From Nitrospirota bacterium (GTDB taxonomy: Bacteria; Nitrospirota; UBA9217): 64,000 bases of DNA. The position numbers were made by a program, and so were the translations under genes. The DNA lies in the NCBI GenBank assembly GCA_963818475.1, contig CAWFSF010000006.1, positions 1,216,001 to 1,280,000 of the forward strand, written 5' to 3'. This document shows positions 1 through 11,800 of the stretch, in pieces. The notes under the pieces are model-generated. The model was not told the origin of the DNA. It was given only the letters and a program-made list of their open reading frames with translations, and ran no database searches. Position 1 is the stretch's first letter; each line of letters starts with the position of its first letter.

Positions 1-150
1 GTGGGCAGTCACGGTCTTGCGCATCTTTTCGAGGGCGAGCATGAGCGCGATCTGGGATCCCAGTGCATCGCCGTCCGGACTTTTGTGTACAGAGATGAGG
101 ATCGTGTTGCAGGAATGGAGGGCTGCTATGATCGTGCGTGAATCACTCAT
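1..150 (-). CDS. nrnA: DHH-family phosphoesterase (NrnA-like), 5' part; runs off the window
   Basis: Manual translation from ATG at 150: MSDSRTIIAALHSCNTILISVHKSPDGDALGSQIAL..., the HxxPDxDAxGS motif of the DHH family; follows rbfA as usual. Confidence 0.85.
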   Translation of the reverse strand, partial: MSDSRTIIAALHSCNTILISVHKSPDGDALGSQIALMLALEKMRKTVTAH

Positions 151-523
151 CGTGCGGCTTGTTTGGATCTTTTTCTTCTTCGATCGAACGCAGCAGCTCC
201 ATGATATGTGCGCCCCGTTCAAGGGTCGGGTCGAAGCGGAACAACAGCTCCGGTACGAGGCGCAACCGCATGCGCCCGGCCAGTTCCGACCGGATAAATG
301 GAATGGCGCTCTCCAGGCCTTTTAGCGTTTCTTTTTTGCTTTTCTCGTCCCCGTAGATGCTCACGAAGACCTTGGCATTTCTCAGATCGTGCGACACCTC
401 GACGTCGGTGACCGTGACAAACCCGATGCGTGGATCCTTGATCTTCCGCATAAGGATTTCGGCGATTTCCTGCTTCATTTGGTCGCTTACGCGATCTGAT
501 CTTTTAAAGGCTGGTTTTGACAT
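143..523 (-). CDS. rbfA: Ribosome-binding factor A
   Basis: KDPRIGFVTVTDVEVSHDLRNAKVFVS...RLRLVPELLFRFD; downstream of infB. Confidence 0.97.
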   Translation of the reverse strand: MSKPAFKRSDRVSDQMKQEIAEILMRKIKDPRIGFVTVTDVEVSHDLRNAKVFVSIYGDEKSKKETLKGLESAIPFIRSELAGRMRLRLVPELLFRFDPTLERGAHIMELLRSIEEEKDPNKPHDE

Positions 524-599
524 GATAAATTCAGGAGTCGGGAATCTGAAGGTTTCTCCGTTGCTGTTTTCTTACTTTTTATTTCTTTGTGCTGCTTTT

Positions 600-887
600 T
601 CAGAATAGCTCAATGTGATGATCGAGCAGGTCTAGTTCGGGAACGGCCCGTACGATATCGAGAACATGGTCAAGCGTCTTGTTCAGATGGGTCCTGTCGT
701 TGCTGACCGCGGCAACTGCAAGAGTTGCCTTCTGCCAGAGGTCGTTGTCCTCAATCTCCGCCACCGAGACGTTGAACTTATTCCGGATCCTGTCCTTGAG
801 ACTGCGGAGCGACTGACGCTTTGTCTTCAGCGATCCACTGTCCGGGATATGCACCTCAAAGGTGCAGACGCCGATAAACATTGCCAT
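600..887 (-). CDS. DUF503 (YlxP) family protein
   Basis: SLKTKRQSLRSLKDRIRNKFNVSVAEIEDNDLWQ; between infB and rbfA. Confidence 0.9.
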   Translation of the reverse strand: MAMFIGVCTFEVHIPDSGSLKTKRQSLRSLKDRIRNKFNVSVAEIEDNDLWQKATLAVAAVSNDRTHLNKTLDHVLDIVRAVPELDLLDHHIELF

Positions 888-923
888 AGAGACACCCGGC
901 TCCGGCTTGCGGGGAAAAGAACC

Positions 924-3533
<2,610 letters not shown>

Positions 3534-3581
3534 AAACTCACATACCCCCGAAACTTCCTGAAAATAGGTGGTTATATTACT

Positions 3582-4163
3582 CTATTTTGACGCGCTTATC
3601 AAGTTTTTTAATCTATCTGTTTCATTGAAGATGGCATCGGCAAAACGGCTGTCCGTAATGCCGAGGATCCCGACCAGCTCCCGGTTGAGCAAGGCACCGA
3701 TCTCATCCTTGGTCAGGAACGCAGCCTGTCGCTTTGGTGCGGCGCCCGAGGCCATGATCTTCTCACGGGTGCCGTCAGAGAGGTCGGTGGCAAAGAGCAG
3801 CGCCTTGACCCTGCCCTTCTCCACGCCGTCATGCACCGCTGAATACCCCGATAACAACATGCCCGCCTTGGCCGCCATTACGATCAGGGATTTTACCTTC
3901 TCCGTGCTGCTGGCCAGGAGCATGGAGATGAACTCCTGCTCTGCAGGAGGGCTGGCCTTGCTGTTCAGGGACCGTGTCAGGTTCCCCTTGCCGAGAGCCT
4001 TGCGAATGCAGTCAATGCGCGGACATACATAAGCAGCCCGGCCCGGCAGTTTCTCGCGGTAATCGATCACGAACCCGGCCGGACCCGCCACGATTCGGAC
4101 GACCTCGTCCTTCTTGAACACGCCCCGGCATCCGATGCAGGTCCGTTCCGGTTGACGTTTCAT
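3582..4163 (-). CDS. YlxR (DUF448) domain fused to an L7Ae/YlxQ-like domain
   Basis: PERTCIGCR...GRAAYVCPRIDC (YlxR) followed by LIVMAAKAGMLLSG...LLFATDLS (L7Ae-like). Confidence 0.85.
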   Translation of the reverse strand: MKRQPERTCIGCRGVFKKDEVVRIVAGPAGFVIDYREKLPGRAAYVCPRIDCIRKALGKGNLTRSLNSKASPPAEQEFISMLLASSTEKVKSLIVMAAKAGMLLSGYSAVHDGVEKGRVKALLFATDLSDGTREKIMASGAAPKRQAAFLTKDEIGALLNRELVGILGITDSRFADAIFNETDRLKNLISASK

Positions 4164-4186
4164 TTTCTTCTCCGATATACCTGCCT

Positions 4187-5533
4187 TCAGTTCTTGAGCA
4201 TGGCCCGTGCAGCCATCAGAATTTTTTGCGCTGTTTTCTCACCAATGCCGGGAACAGCCAGAATATCCTCGTCCGTCATTGCGGCGACCTTTGCTATGGT
4301 GTCATACCCGGCCTGTGTTAGCTGCTCCGCGGTCTTTTTGCCGACTCCTTCGATGCCCAGTAAGGGCGATTCGGGAGACGATTCGTTGTCAGCGGCCGCG
4401 GCCGCTTCCATGCTTTCCGCAGCCTCGGTCTCTTCCGCCATCTTGCGTGTTTCCTCGACGATGGCAGCTTCGATCTCCTGCTCGCGCTCTTTCTGGCGTT
4501 CCTGGTCATACTCGGATTCGCTCAGAATATCGATCTTCCATCCGGTCAGTTTTGCGGCTAAACGGACGTTCTGGCCCTTTTTCCCGATAGCGAGCGAAAG
4601 CTGAGAATCAGCGACAACGGCAAGAGCTGAGCGGTCCTCTTCGGTAACGCCCACCTTTTCTACCACGGCAGGACTGAGCGCTTTGGCGATAAAGATGCGC
4701 GGGTCCGCCGACCAGGGGATAATATCGATCTTCTCGCCGCGAAGCTCCCGAACGACAGCCTGGACCCTCGAGCCTTTCATGCCGACGCAGGCGCCGACGG
4801 GGTCGACCTGGGACTCTTTCGAAGCAACGGCGATCTTCGTCCGGTCTCCGGCCTCGCGCACAACACCCTTCACTTCAACGATATTCTCGTATATCTCGGG
4901 GACTTCCATCTCAAAGAGGCGCGACACGAAGTCCGGATGGGCCCTTGAGAGCACCACCTGCGGCCCCTTGGAGGTGTCGCGCACTTCCATGACATAGGCC
5001 CTGACGCGGTCGCCCCTGCGGTAACTCTCTCGCGGCACCTGCTCGCGAGCAGGAAGCACCGCCTCGGTCTTTCCCAGGTCGATGTAGTAGGCGCCTTTCT
5101 CATGACGAAGGACGATGCCGTTCACCAACTGGCCGATCTTGTCGTTGAATTCCTTCAGGATCACATCGCGCTCGGCCTCGCGCACCTTCTGGACAATGAC
5201 CTGGCGGGCGGTCTGCGCTGCGATCCTGCCAAAACCGAGAAACTCGATCTGCAGAGGCACTTCACCGTCCATTTGCGCATCGGGATAGAGCGCCTGGGCA
5301 TCCTCGAGCGTGATCTCCTCATCAGGGTTCACGACCTCGGCCACGACCTTTTTGTAGGCATACATGATGATGTCGCCGCGCTTGGGGTCGATCTGAACGG
5401 CGATCCGCTGCGCGCCATGCTTTTTCTTGGCGGCACTCACGAGGGCGGATTCGACCGCCTCGATCACCATTTCCTTGGAGATGCCCTTTTCCTTGCTGAT
5501 CTGATCGATCACCTGAATTAATTCTTGACTCAT
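4187..5533 (-). CDS. nusA: Transcription termination/antitermination factor NusA
   Basis: FGRIAAQTARQVI, S1 and KH domains (VDPVGACVGMKGSRVQAV, AIGKKGQNVRLA), C-terminal HhH. Confidence 0.98.
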   Translation of the reverse strand: MSQELIQVIDQISKEKGISKEMVIEAVESALVSAAKKKHGAQRIAVQIDPKRGDIIMYAYKKVVAEVVNPDEEITLEDAQALYPDAQMDGEVPLQIEFLGFGRIAAQTARQVIVQKVREAERDVILKEFNDKIGQLVNGIVLRHEKGAYYIDLGKTEAVLPAREQVPRESYRRGDRVRAYVMEVRDTSKGPQVVLSRAHPDFVSRLFEMEVPEIYENIVEVKGVVREAGDRTKIAVASKESQVDPVGACVGMKGSRVQAVVRELRGEKIDIIPWSADPRIFIAKALSPAVVEKVGVTEEDRSALAVVADSQLSLAIGKKGQNVRLAAKLTGWKIDILSESEYDQERQKEREQEIEAAIVEETRKMAEETEAAESMEAAAAADNESSPESPLLGIEGVGKKTAEQLTQAGYDTIAKVAAMTDEDILAVPGIGEKTAQKILMAARAMLKN

Positions 5534-5645
5534 GACTCCGTCGCCTCCTGAATATATATGCAGTCCTTATCAGGCTCCTGTGAAACCAAGGCTGCACTTG
5601 CGCATCCTGTGGATGCAGAATATGGAATTCTGAAGTTCGTCGCGC

Positions 5646-6107
5646 TTATAGCTCTACTTCGAGGGATGCTTTGGTGATCGCATCCAGGGCGAATTCCATG
5701 ACCGCCCCTTCGGTGACCTCTACCCTGACCAAGCCCGCTTCGGAGATCCCCAGCAGCTTTCCCCGAAAGACTTTTTGTCCGTCTATGGGCTGATAGACCT
5801 TTATCTTGACCGTGCTGCCGGAAAACCTCGTAAAGTGCTCCGGCTTCGACAGCGTCCGATCGAGGCCGGGAGACGATACTTCGAGCTGGTAGGCATGGGT
5901 GATGATATCTTCCACATCCAGGGCTGCGCTCAGATCGCGGCTTACGGACTCGCAGTCGTTCAAGGTAACGCCGGATTCCCGGTCGATATAGATCCTCAGG
6001 AGCCACTTCGGGCCCTGACGCTGAAATTCCAGATCCCAGAGCGCAAGGCCCAGGGAGGACAGAATCGGGTCAAGGAGTTGTCGTATATGGTCAACGACGT
6101 CAGCCAT
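5646..6107 (-). CDS. rimP: Ribosome maturation factor RimP
   Basis: LLRIYID...DCESVSR...YQLEVSSPGLDR; start taken at ATG 6107 behind a GGGGG RBS. Confidence 0.96.
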   Translation of the reverse strand: MADVVDHIRQLLDPILSSLGLALWDLEFQRQGPKWLLRIYIDRESGVTLNDCESVSRDLSAALDVEDIITHAYQLEVSSPGLDRTLSKPEHFTRFSGSTVKIKVYQPIDGQKVFRGKLLGISEAGLVRVEVTEGAVMEFALDAITKASLEVEL

Positions 6108-6120
6108 TGCGTCCCCCAAA

Positions 6121-6155
6121 TAAAAAGAGTGGGCAAAAGAAATGCCCACCCTTCA
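6121..6155 (-). promoter_or_regulatory. rimP leader hairpin (terminator-like attenuator)
   Basis: Minus strand GAAGGGTGGGCATTTCTTTTGCCCACTCTTTTTA just upstream of rimP; matches the GxGTGGG...CCCACTC-U-tract pattern of rimP leaders. Confidence 0.75.
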
Positions 6156-6236
6156 GGATGTTCCCCAGAGTGATGTTGTTTTTTAACATACCGGCGCCGG
6201 GAATGCAAGGAAAAAATGGTGGAAGCAGGTATTATA

Positions 6237-8585
6237 TCAGTCAACCGAGAACGTGACCTCGCTGATCTGCCCCCCTGTTGTCTCTGCCCTGAGCCTGAAC
6301 GAACCCGTTTGCACGTTCCAATCGAGATAGTGGCGTTCACGGGTGCGGCCCAGCTCATGGCCGTTCAATGTCCAGATAACGACAGCCTGCGCAGGAGCGC
6401 CAATCGCCTCGAAGCGGAGCGTCTGATAGGTTGGCGCCAGATCGAGCGGTCTTTTGTACAACGAACCGGACGCGGGCCTGACGATATTAAAGACGGCATT
6501 TTCAGCATAGTGCGAGCTTTCTTTGGGCGCCATGGGCCGGTTGGTCTGACGCTGCCACAGTTCGTAGGCAGGAGGAAGGTCCTCGAACACGCGGTACTCT
6601 CCGGCACCCCCCTCCTGCTCCGAGTTGCGGACCAGCAGCCTGCGATGGACATCGCAGGGGGCAAGCCCGCTTTTTTCAAGATCCGGGCGCAAAAAAAGTT
6701 CGTTCACTCCATGGGGGCAATCAGGCCCGCGCTTCTTTCCCGATAGCGCGCAGACCTCGACCTCGACCAGTTCTTTCGGCTGCTCGAATTCCTGCGGCCC
6801 AGCCTTATCGTGGAGCATCAGCATTACCCGGCGAAAAAGCGGGCCTGCCCCGCTCACACCGGCAACCTGCTGCATGGGCACGCCGTTAAAGTTTCCGACC
6901 CAGACGCCGACCGTATAGTCCCGGGTATACCCGATGGTCCAGTTATCGCGGTAATTCCGCGAGGTACCTGTCTTGACAGCGCAGGGAAAGGGCATGCGAA
7001 GCACTGACTCCGGGCCGAACTCTGTTGCGCGTGCATAGGGGTCCTTCAGGATGCTCGTAACGAGATAGACCGCCTCGGGTGTGGATATACGACCCTTTGG
7101 TTCCCTTTGTACCCGCCGTCCTGGCGATGCGGCCGACAACCTCTCTGTAACCGGCACGAGTGACCCGCCCCGCGCGAGGGCCATATACGCCCTCGTCAGT
7201 TCATAGAGCGTCACCTCGCCGTCACCCAGCGCAAGCCCCACGCCATAATGTTCCGCATCAGCGGTCAGGGACGCGAACCCGAACTCGCGCAGCCGGGTCA
7301 AAACCGCATCAGGCCCCAGTTCTGCGGCAACGCGTACAGCCGGCACATTCAGTGAATTGGCGAGCGCTTCCCGGAGCCGCACGGGACCGTGAAACTGCTT
7401 ACTGTAATTCTGGGGTGAAAAATCGCCAACCGGCGTTGCGTAATGGACCTCGAGGTCCTGCAGAAGCGTGGCAGGAGTCATTCCCCGTTCAAGTGCCAGT
7501 CCGTAGATGAACGGTTTCAGCGTTGAACCAGGCTGGCGTAGCGCCTGCACGCCATCGTTCTGGCCTTCGGCTGTTATGTTGTCGAAATCCGCAGAACCTG
7601 CATAGGCAAGCACCTCGCCATTTCGGTTATCAAGTACCAGCACCGCGGCATTGGATACAACGCGGCCTTTGAGCTCGTACAAAACATCCCTGGCCTGCTG
7701 CTCCACCGCACGCTGGAGCGTGCTGTCCAAGGTCGTCCTGATCCTCGATGCCGTTCCGGGAATGGATGATAGGAGCCGCGTGATAAAATGCGGCGCAAGC
7801 CGCGGCCTTTGTGGTTGTTGAACCGTGATAACTTCCGCCTGAGCCAGCGTTTTGTCCTCGCTGGTGATAGCGCGAAGGGCCTCCATTCTTTCCAGAATAA
7901 AGGTTTGTCTGGACCTTACGAGTTCGATCTTTTTGTAGGGATCAAGCTTGGACGGCGCATTCGGGATGGCGGCAAGGAAGGAGGCCTGGGCAAGCGACAG
8001 GTCGGCAGCGGGCTTCCCAAAATAGGTGCGGGAGGCAGATTCGATCCCATAGAGCTGGTTCCCGAAAGGCAGCCTGCTGACATACTGTTCAAGAATTTCA
8101 TCCTTCGTCATTCCCGCTTCGAGACGATAGGCCAGGCGCACCTCGCGAAGTTTTTTTCCGAAAGTACGGGAGCCGGGTTCGAGCATTTTTGCGAGCTGCA
8201 GCGTAATGGTAGATGCGCCGGACCGTCGATAACGAGGAAGTGTGTTCTGAACTGCTGCGCGCGCGACAGCCCTCCAGTCCACACCGTCATGATCATAAAA
8301 TCTCCGGTCCTCTGCAGCGATCAAGGCGCTGATGAAATGAGGGGATATTTTTCTGAGCTTGACCGGATCGCTCCTGCCGTCGCGGCAGCGCACTTCCTGA
8401 AGCAGGATGCCTTTCCGGTCAGTGATCTTGAGGGAATGAAAAGGAGGGATATCCGCAGCATGGATGGGGTTGTCGCGTGCTTCGGAAAGCATGGTGCGAT
8501 AAAACGCAACTGCGGTCAGCATAATCAAGAAAATCAGTACTGCGAGCGAAGTATAAAGGGTTGTGCGATATTTATAATATGCCAT
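6237..8585 (-). CDS. pbpC: Penicillin-binding protein 1C
   Basis: Transglycosylase motifs EDRRFYDHDGVD and GASTITLQLAK; transpeptidase motifs QPGSTLKPF, SLN, KTGT; C-terminal beta domain; next to alpha-2-macroglobulin. Confidence 0.95.
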   Translation of the reverse strand: MAYYKYRTTLYTSLAVLIFLIMLTAVAFYRTMLSEARDNPIHAADIPPFHSLKITDRKGILLQEVRCRDGRSDPVKLRKISPHFISALIAAEDRRFYDHDGVDWRAVARAAVQNTLPRYRRSGASTITLQLAKMLEPGSRTFGKKLREVRLAYRLEAGMTKDEILEQYVSRLPFGNQLYGIESASRTYFGKPAADLSLAQASFLAAIPNAPSKLDPYKKIELVRSRQTFILERMEALRAITSEDKTLAQAEVITVQQPQRPRLAPHFITRLLSSIPGTASRIRTTLDSTLQRAVEQQARDVLYELKGRVVSNAAVLVLDNRNGEVLAYAGSADFDNITAEGQNDGVQALRQPGSTLKPFIYGLALERGMTPATLLQDLEVHYATPVGDFSPQNYSKQFHGPVRLREALANSLNVPAVRVAAELGPDAVLTRLREFGFASLTADAEHYGVGLALGDGEVTLYELTRAYMALARGGSLVPVTERLSAASPGRRVQREPKGRISTPEAVYLVTSILKDPYARATEFGPESVLRMPFPCAVKTGTSRNYRDNWTIGYTRDYTVGVWVGNFNGVPMQQVAGVSGAGPLFRRVMLMLHDKAGPQEFEQPKELVEVEVCALSGKKRGPDCPHGVNELFLRPDLEKSGLAPCDVHRRLLVRNSEQEGGAGEYRVFEDLPPAYELWQRQTNRPMAPKESSHYAENAVFNIVRPASGSLYKRPLDLAPTYQTLRFEAIGAPAQAVVIWTLNGHELGRTRERHYLDWNVQTGSFRLRAETTGGQISEVTFSVD

Positions 8586-8742
8586 GATCTTCTACGAAAA
8601 TCTGTGTCGCTTAGAAGCGTCTACTTCTGGCCATCTGTGGCCAACTACTGTAATATTAAATTATTTTTCTGGCTGCCCTGTTTCACTTAAGTTATCTGAT
8701 TTTAAAGAATTAGATACAATACCATGATCCTATAAAGCTTGG

Positions 8743-8845
8743 AGCCGCGAAGGCGCGAAGGTCGCGAGGAAATCCTTAAGTTCTTGAATAAGAGAAAATA
8801 ACATTTTGTTTTTGCTGTCCTCGCGTTCTTCGCGCCTTCGCGGCT
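8743..8845. repeat. Intergenic inverted repeat built from 8-9 nt CGCGAAG units
   Basis: AGCCGCGAAGGCGCGAAGGTCGCGAGGA (8743-8770) pairs with TCCTCGCGTTCTTCGCGCCTTCGCGGCT (8818-8845) at 26/28 positions; AT-rich spacer. Confidence 0.85.
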
Positions 8846-8882
8846 TCATAGTTATAAAAATATCATCAAAGCTGCTTTAGAG

Positions 8883-11800
8883 CTACGGCTCAGTTATACT
8901 GAACGTCCCCTCGGCGCCGCGGCCGAATTGCTCCGGTTCGTACATCAAGGTCGCTGTCGTACCGGGAAGTTCGAACACCCCCGGCGTTGTCGCGCGCGCC
9001 ATATACTTGTAGCGGTACACGCCGGCCGCTATCTCGTCGGCAAAGAGCTTCACCCCGTCATCATGGCGCTCCACGTGGTTAAAGGGATTGTAGTTGTACT
9101 TCCAGCCATACTCGTTCCGCTCGCTGCCCTGTTCCTCTTCGTCAGTCTCATATCTTTTTGATGTGGTCTTGAGGCTCGTATCGATCGGCTCCAGTCCTGC
9201 CGGCAGCGGGTCATCGACCACGAAGCGGTATCCGGCCTGAGGAACGATAACGGTCAGTTCAACCACTGCCACCTGCCCCAGCGGGATATCTTTTAGTGAC
9301 TCGCGTTCTATAGATGTCGATTTTGCAGCGTCAAAACGCGATATTTTACGCTCAACATAGAACCCCTCCTGCCTTGGCGGCTGCGGACCTGCGAGCTTAT
9401 AGGAATAGCGCATCGTATAATAAAGCGTACCCTTTCCTTTCTTCTGGATAGAAAGGTCGGAGGCCCCGGTCGGCAAGTCCTTTGCCTCTATGTTCCCTTC
9501 GGCCAGTTTCGTGTCATAGCCTTCGCGGTCAATCTCCATTACCTTTTTCCCTGCAAGCAGCACTGTCGCGGTATAGTCGGGTTCAACAGCCTCTTTCTTC
9601 TTGAGCACCATCAGAAGGGCGTCCAGTGCGGCGGCATTTTCGTAGGTGTATCTCCACCGTCCGTTCTTGCGTGCGTTCAGGATATACCTCGCCATTTTGG
9701 CAACAAAAGGATCATCGGGTTCTCTGAGCAGGAACAGGTCCAGCGCCTGACTGGTGTTGATCACAGGCGACGACATCCAGCTCCAGGACCCCGGCAGCTC
9801 GCCACGGTCCTCGACATGGGCTGTTGCTGCAGTGATGAACATGCTTTTTTTGATCTCGCCAAACAGGATGGCCGACTGCTCCTTCCAGGCAGGCAACTCC
9901 GACAGCAGCGCATCGAGCCTGATATGGGTATCAAAGGACAGTTCTTTTCTCCGTTTGTAATAATCCTGGTAATAGGATTCGTCGGACAGACCGATATGTT
10001 TCATGCCGCTCAGGATGTTGATCCGGTAATAGGCAATGCATCTCCATGAACAGAGGCGCATATAAGAGGGTATGTTCCTGAGCCTGTCCTTGAGGTAATT
10101 ACCGAGCTTTTCCTTCGCCTCTTTCGGCACATCGTAATGCAGTTCCTCTGCACGGGATAATATTTTTGCAATATAGGGCGAGATCCAGGGGTCCGATTCC
10201 CGGTCAGAGGCCCAGTACTTGAACCCGCCGTCCTCGTTCTGGAGCGACAGCACTTTCGCGAGGTTCGCCTTGATCACCTCGGGGATCGGCTTCGTTGCAT
10301 GAAGATCAAAGGCAAAGGTCTTCGAAAGCTCCTGCAGCTCCATGAGCGGCAAAAGCAGGCTTGCGGTCTGCTCAAGGCAGCCGTAGGGGTACGCCACCAG
10401 ATATTGCGCCCCTTCATCGAGCTGGGACAAGGCCGTGCTCGCCAGCGATACTGAGAGACCGCCTGAATCGGTCCTGATGCCGGTCGCAGGAATGTTCAGT
10501 TTTTCGAGGCTCTCCTTGTCGGTCTCGCCAACTGCCACTGTGGTCTCGGTCGGCGGCAGGTCCTGGACCGCCAGCGTAACCTGGACAGCATCGTCATGCG
10601 ACACCGTCTGTCCGCTCTTGTCCGTTCCTTCGAAATGCGAGGTAAACCTGAGCAGCGTGCTTCCCTTTGCGTTCGCCTTGTACGGGAACAGGACCTTGCG
10701 CGTTTCTCCTGCTTTCAGCTCAAGGGATGTGGTGAGCTCTTTTTCAGCACCGGCGAACGCGATCGAACCGTTCTTGTCTGGAAGCGAGGCTTTGATCGTC
10801 ACCAGTCCGCTCACCTCGCCTGACACCTGGACTGTTGCGCCTGCCTTGAAGCTGTCGCCAAGACGGGTGAACCTGGGAACAACCGGCCTGGTCACGAGTG
10901 GGAGCGATACGGTCGCCCCTGCTTTTCCGTCGCCAAAATAATCGTCTTTGGTCACGGCTACCGCCATGACCCGCCATTGCGTCAGGTTGTCAGGCAGCTT
11001 GAACATGATCGATGCCTTGCCGTCAGCATCAGTAATAAGCGAGGGATTATAATAAGCCAGATTCTGGAATACCTGACGCACCGAGACTCCCGGTGCCATC
11101 ATGTCCCCGCCTCCGCCGTCATTCCCCTTTTCCGAGAACTTCTGCTGATGCAGCAGGAACCTGCGATTGTCGCTCATGCGCACCGAAAGGCCTCGATGGG
11201 GATAGATGATCGAGACCAGGTCCGGCGGAGCATATCCCGTGAGCGCCAGGATCGCCTCGTCCACGACCATTACCACAAGCTCTCCTGATGGCACAGGTTT
11301 TCCAGTCCGGTCCTTTACCAGGAACTCCACCTTCAGTTCATCACCAGGCCTGGCGGTCTTTTTATCGGGAGCGACAGACACCTGAAGCCGCTTTTCTTCG
11401 GCAGAAACGGTAAAAGGCGCATAGCCGACCTTGAACTGATGGTCATCTTCGGGTTCCAGGCCTGAAGCGGGCGCGCCTTTTCGTACCAGTGCCACGCCGA
11501 CATAGGCGTTCGGGATCATTTCTTTGGTCACTATGAACTCGACCATCACGGCCCCGCCTTCTGCGAGCTGTTGTTTTTTGATGAAGAATTTCTCTCGCTC
11601 CACGGTAAAGAGCATTTCAGCCGCAGGATAGGGTGATTTGATCAAGGCACGGGCTGTCTCGCCCGGTACATAGCGGTCCTTGTCAAGCAGCACCTCGACG
11701 CGGTCGTATTCCGTGCCTGACCAGCCTACCATTTCGCGGCCCGTTGCATAGAAGGTCAGCCTTGCCTCGGTCCCGACATTCTCCCGGCCCTTGAACCCTG

